A stretch of DNA of 64,000 nt from Octopus bimaculoides (Eukaryota): the NCBI RefSeq assembly GCF_001194135.2, contig NC_068985.1, positions 33,388,232 to 33,452,231 on the forward strand, in the 5' to 3' direction. Positions within the stretch are counted from its first letter, which is position 1, and each line of letters opens with the position of its first letter. The translations under genes and the position numbers were made by a program. Below are positions 61,597 to 64,000 of this stretch, piece after piece. The notes below the pieces were generated by a model that searched no databases, had not been told where the DNA came from, and saw only the letters and a list, made by a program, of their open reading frames with translations.

Positions 61597-63640
61597 AAAG
61601 GTAACGATGATGCTTTAGATACAAATAATTACAGAGGTGTCAAGTTGTTGGATCAAGTAATGAAGGTCACAGAGAGGGTCATAGCCCAACTAATCAGGGA
61701 GAGAGTCAGTTTAGATGAGATGCAGTTTGGGTTCGTGCCAGGGAAAAGTATCCCTGATGCTATATTTCTGGTAAGACAGCTGCAGGAGAAATACCTAGCC
61801 AAGGATAAACCCCTGTACCTGGCTTTCGTTGACATGGAGAAAGCCTTTGACAGGGTCCCCTGATCCCTATCTGGTGGTCAATAAGGAAACTAGGGATAGA
61901 TGAATGGTTAGTGAGAGCTGTGCAAGCCATGTATAGGGACACTGTCAGTAAGGTGATGTTTGTCAAAGAGTACAGTGAAGAATTCCGGGTAGAGGTAGGA
62001 GTCCACAAAGGTTCAGTCCTCTTCCCCCTCCTATTTATCATAGTCCTCCAGTTAATAACAGAAGAATTCAAGACAGGATGCTCCTGGGAGCTCCTCTATG
62101 CTGATGACCTTGCTCTAATTGTTGAGTCACTATCAGAACTAGAGAAGTTTCAGGTGTGGAATCAAGGATTACAATCAAAGGTCCTTACAGTCAACTTGGC
62201 CAAAACCAAAGTCCTAATAAGTAGGATGGCAGACAAACCACAAATCCCTTCAGGTAGATGGCCCTGCTTGATCTCTAGAAAAAGCATAGGTAGAAACTCT
62301 ATAAGATGTACCCAGTGTAAGCTATAGACACATGGGAGATGCAGCAATATCAAAGGAAGGCTAAATGGGAAGATAGTTTTTGTATGTGGCAGATGCTCAG
62401 GAGCAATAAACACTGAAAATGTGCAGAGAACAACTTCTGCCACATTCCAGGGAGAAAAACTAGAAGTAGTTGATAGCTTCCGTTACATAGGTGACCAAGT
62501 CAGTAATGGGAGTGGGTTCTCTGAAAGTCTAGCTGCTAGAGTAAGTATAGCCTAGGCAAAGTTCAGAGAGCTCTTACCTCTGCTGGTGACAAAGGGCCTC
62601 TTGCTCAGAGTAAAAGATAGAAAGTATGATGCATGTGTACGAACAGCCATGCTACATAGCAGTGAAACATGGGCCATGACTGCTGAGAACATGCGTAAGC
62701 TTGCAAAGAATGAAGCCAGTATGCTCCGCTGGATGCCAGTGTGCATACTCGACAGAGTGTAAGTGCCTTGAGAGAGATGTTGGACCTAAGAAGCATCAGA
62801 TGTGGTGTGCAAGAGAGATGACTGCGCTGGTACGATCATGTGGTGAGAATGGATGAGGATAGCTGTGTGAAAAAGTGTCACACCCTAGCAGTTGAGGGAA
62901 ACTGTGGAAGAGGTAGACCCAGAAAGACCTGGGATGAGGTGGTGAAGTTCAACCTTTGAACATTAGGCCTCACAGAGGCAATGACTAGTGACCGAGATCT
63001 TTGGAAATATGCTGTGCTTGAGAAGACCTGGCAAGCCGAGTGAGACCATAACCTCTGCCATGGGTGTATCCAGCCCACTTATGCATACCTTTCCTTCATT
63101 GGACACTAAACTCTGCTTGTGAAGATCTGTTGAGGCAATTGAAATTGAAATCAAATTCAATGACAGCACTGCATGACTGGCATCCGTGCTAGTGGATCAC
63201 TAAGAGCACCATCCGAGCATGATTGTTGCCAGGGCCGCTGACTGGCTCCTGTGCCAGTGGCACATAAAATGCACCATTCGAGCGTGATCAATACCAGTGT
63301 TGCATTACTAGCACTTGTGCCAGTGGCATGTGAAAAACAACATTTGAGTGAGGTCGTTGCCAGTGCTGCTGGACTGGCTCCTGTGCAGGTGGCATGTAAA
63401 AACACCATTTCAGTGTGGCTGTTGCCAGTACTGCCTGAATGGCCCTCGTGCCAGTGGCACGTGAAAGCACCCACTATACTCTCAGAGTGGTTGGCATGAG
63501 GAAGGGCATCCAGCTGTAGAAACTCTGCCAGTTGAGAGTGGAGCCTGGTGCAGCCATCTGGCTTGCCAGTCCTCAGTCAAACCATCCAACCCATGCCAGC
63601 ATGGAAAGCAGACGGTAAATGATGATGATGATGATGATGA

Positions 63641-63645
<5 letters not shown>
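61597..63645 (+). mobile_element. 5'-truncated RTE-clade LINE with five 66-bp units
   Basis: NYRGVKLL, AFVDMEKAFDRVP*, VGVHKGSVLFPLLF, YADD; stops present. Confidence 0.92.
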
Positions 63646-63681
<36 letters not shown>

Positions 63682-63722
63682 TATATATATCAATGTGTGT
63701 ATATATATTTATATACGATTAT

Positions 63723-63767
63723 CGTACGCTGAAGAAGGGAAATAACCCTGAAACTCGGGTCCGTACG
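63723..63767 (+). ncRNA. Intact minimal type I hammerhead ribozyme motif
   Basis: CGTACG-CTGAAGA-AGGG-AAATAA-CCCT-GAAA-C-TCGG-GT-C-CGTACG; every core nucleotide present; predicted GUC cleavage after 63761. Confidence 0.85.
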
Positions 63768-63942
63768 TATCGCAGATCAAGATGGGAAGGATAACTTCCC
63801 TTGGCAAAAATAGACAGGACACAGATATGTGTCGATAAGCCAGCTGGAGGAGATGTTCTCCTGGGGCTAAAAGCAACAGTAACATCCACCCTTAGGGGTC
63901 AGCCACATTTAAATGGCAAATATACTTCACTATATATATATG

Positions 63943-63990
<48 letters not shown>

Positions 63991-64000
63991 CATATGTATA

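Overview
AT-rich eukaryotic genomic DNA, very rich in repeats, with ten N-gaps (about 4.2 kb in total) mostly flanked by microsatellites. The mix of tRNA-derived SINEs, RTE tails ending in (GAT)n, and abundant (TA)n/(TATG)n/(AAT)n suggests a cephalopod, probably Octopus; this is inference and was not database-checked. No intact protein-coding gene is visible, and nearly all long ORFs in the track are microsatellite/N artefacts or transposon relics. Recognisable relics include several Penelope-like elements (RT and GIY-YIG), an L1/Tx1 element with ORF1 and EN-RT, RTE LINEs, a CR1/L2-like RT fragment, R4/Dong-like restriction-endonuclease retrotransposons, mariner and maT transposons, MITEs, Helitron/Helentron pieces and at least four SINE families. 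A CpG-retaining zone at about 57.3-60.3 kb looks like a promoter region and holds two candidate first exons on opposite strands. The most notable observations are: (1) four intact or near-intact type I hammerhead ribozyme motifs, two of which form an inverted pair bracketing that zone; (2) a tandem pair of R4/Dong-like elements embedded in (ATAC)n, a different microsatellite from the (TAA)n used by another R4/Dong-like family in the same window; (3) a variable-copy 66-bp hairpin array in RTE 3' UTRs. All structures were folded by eye and none of the functional ideas has been tested.
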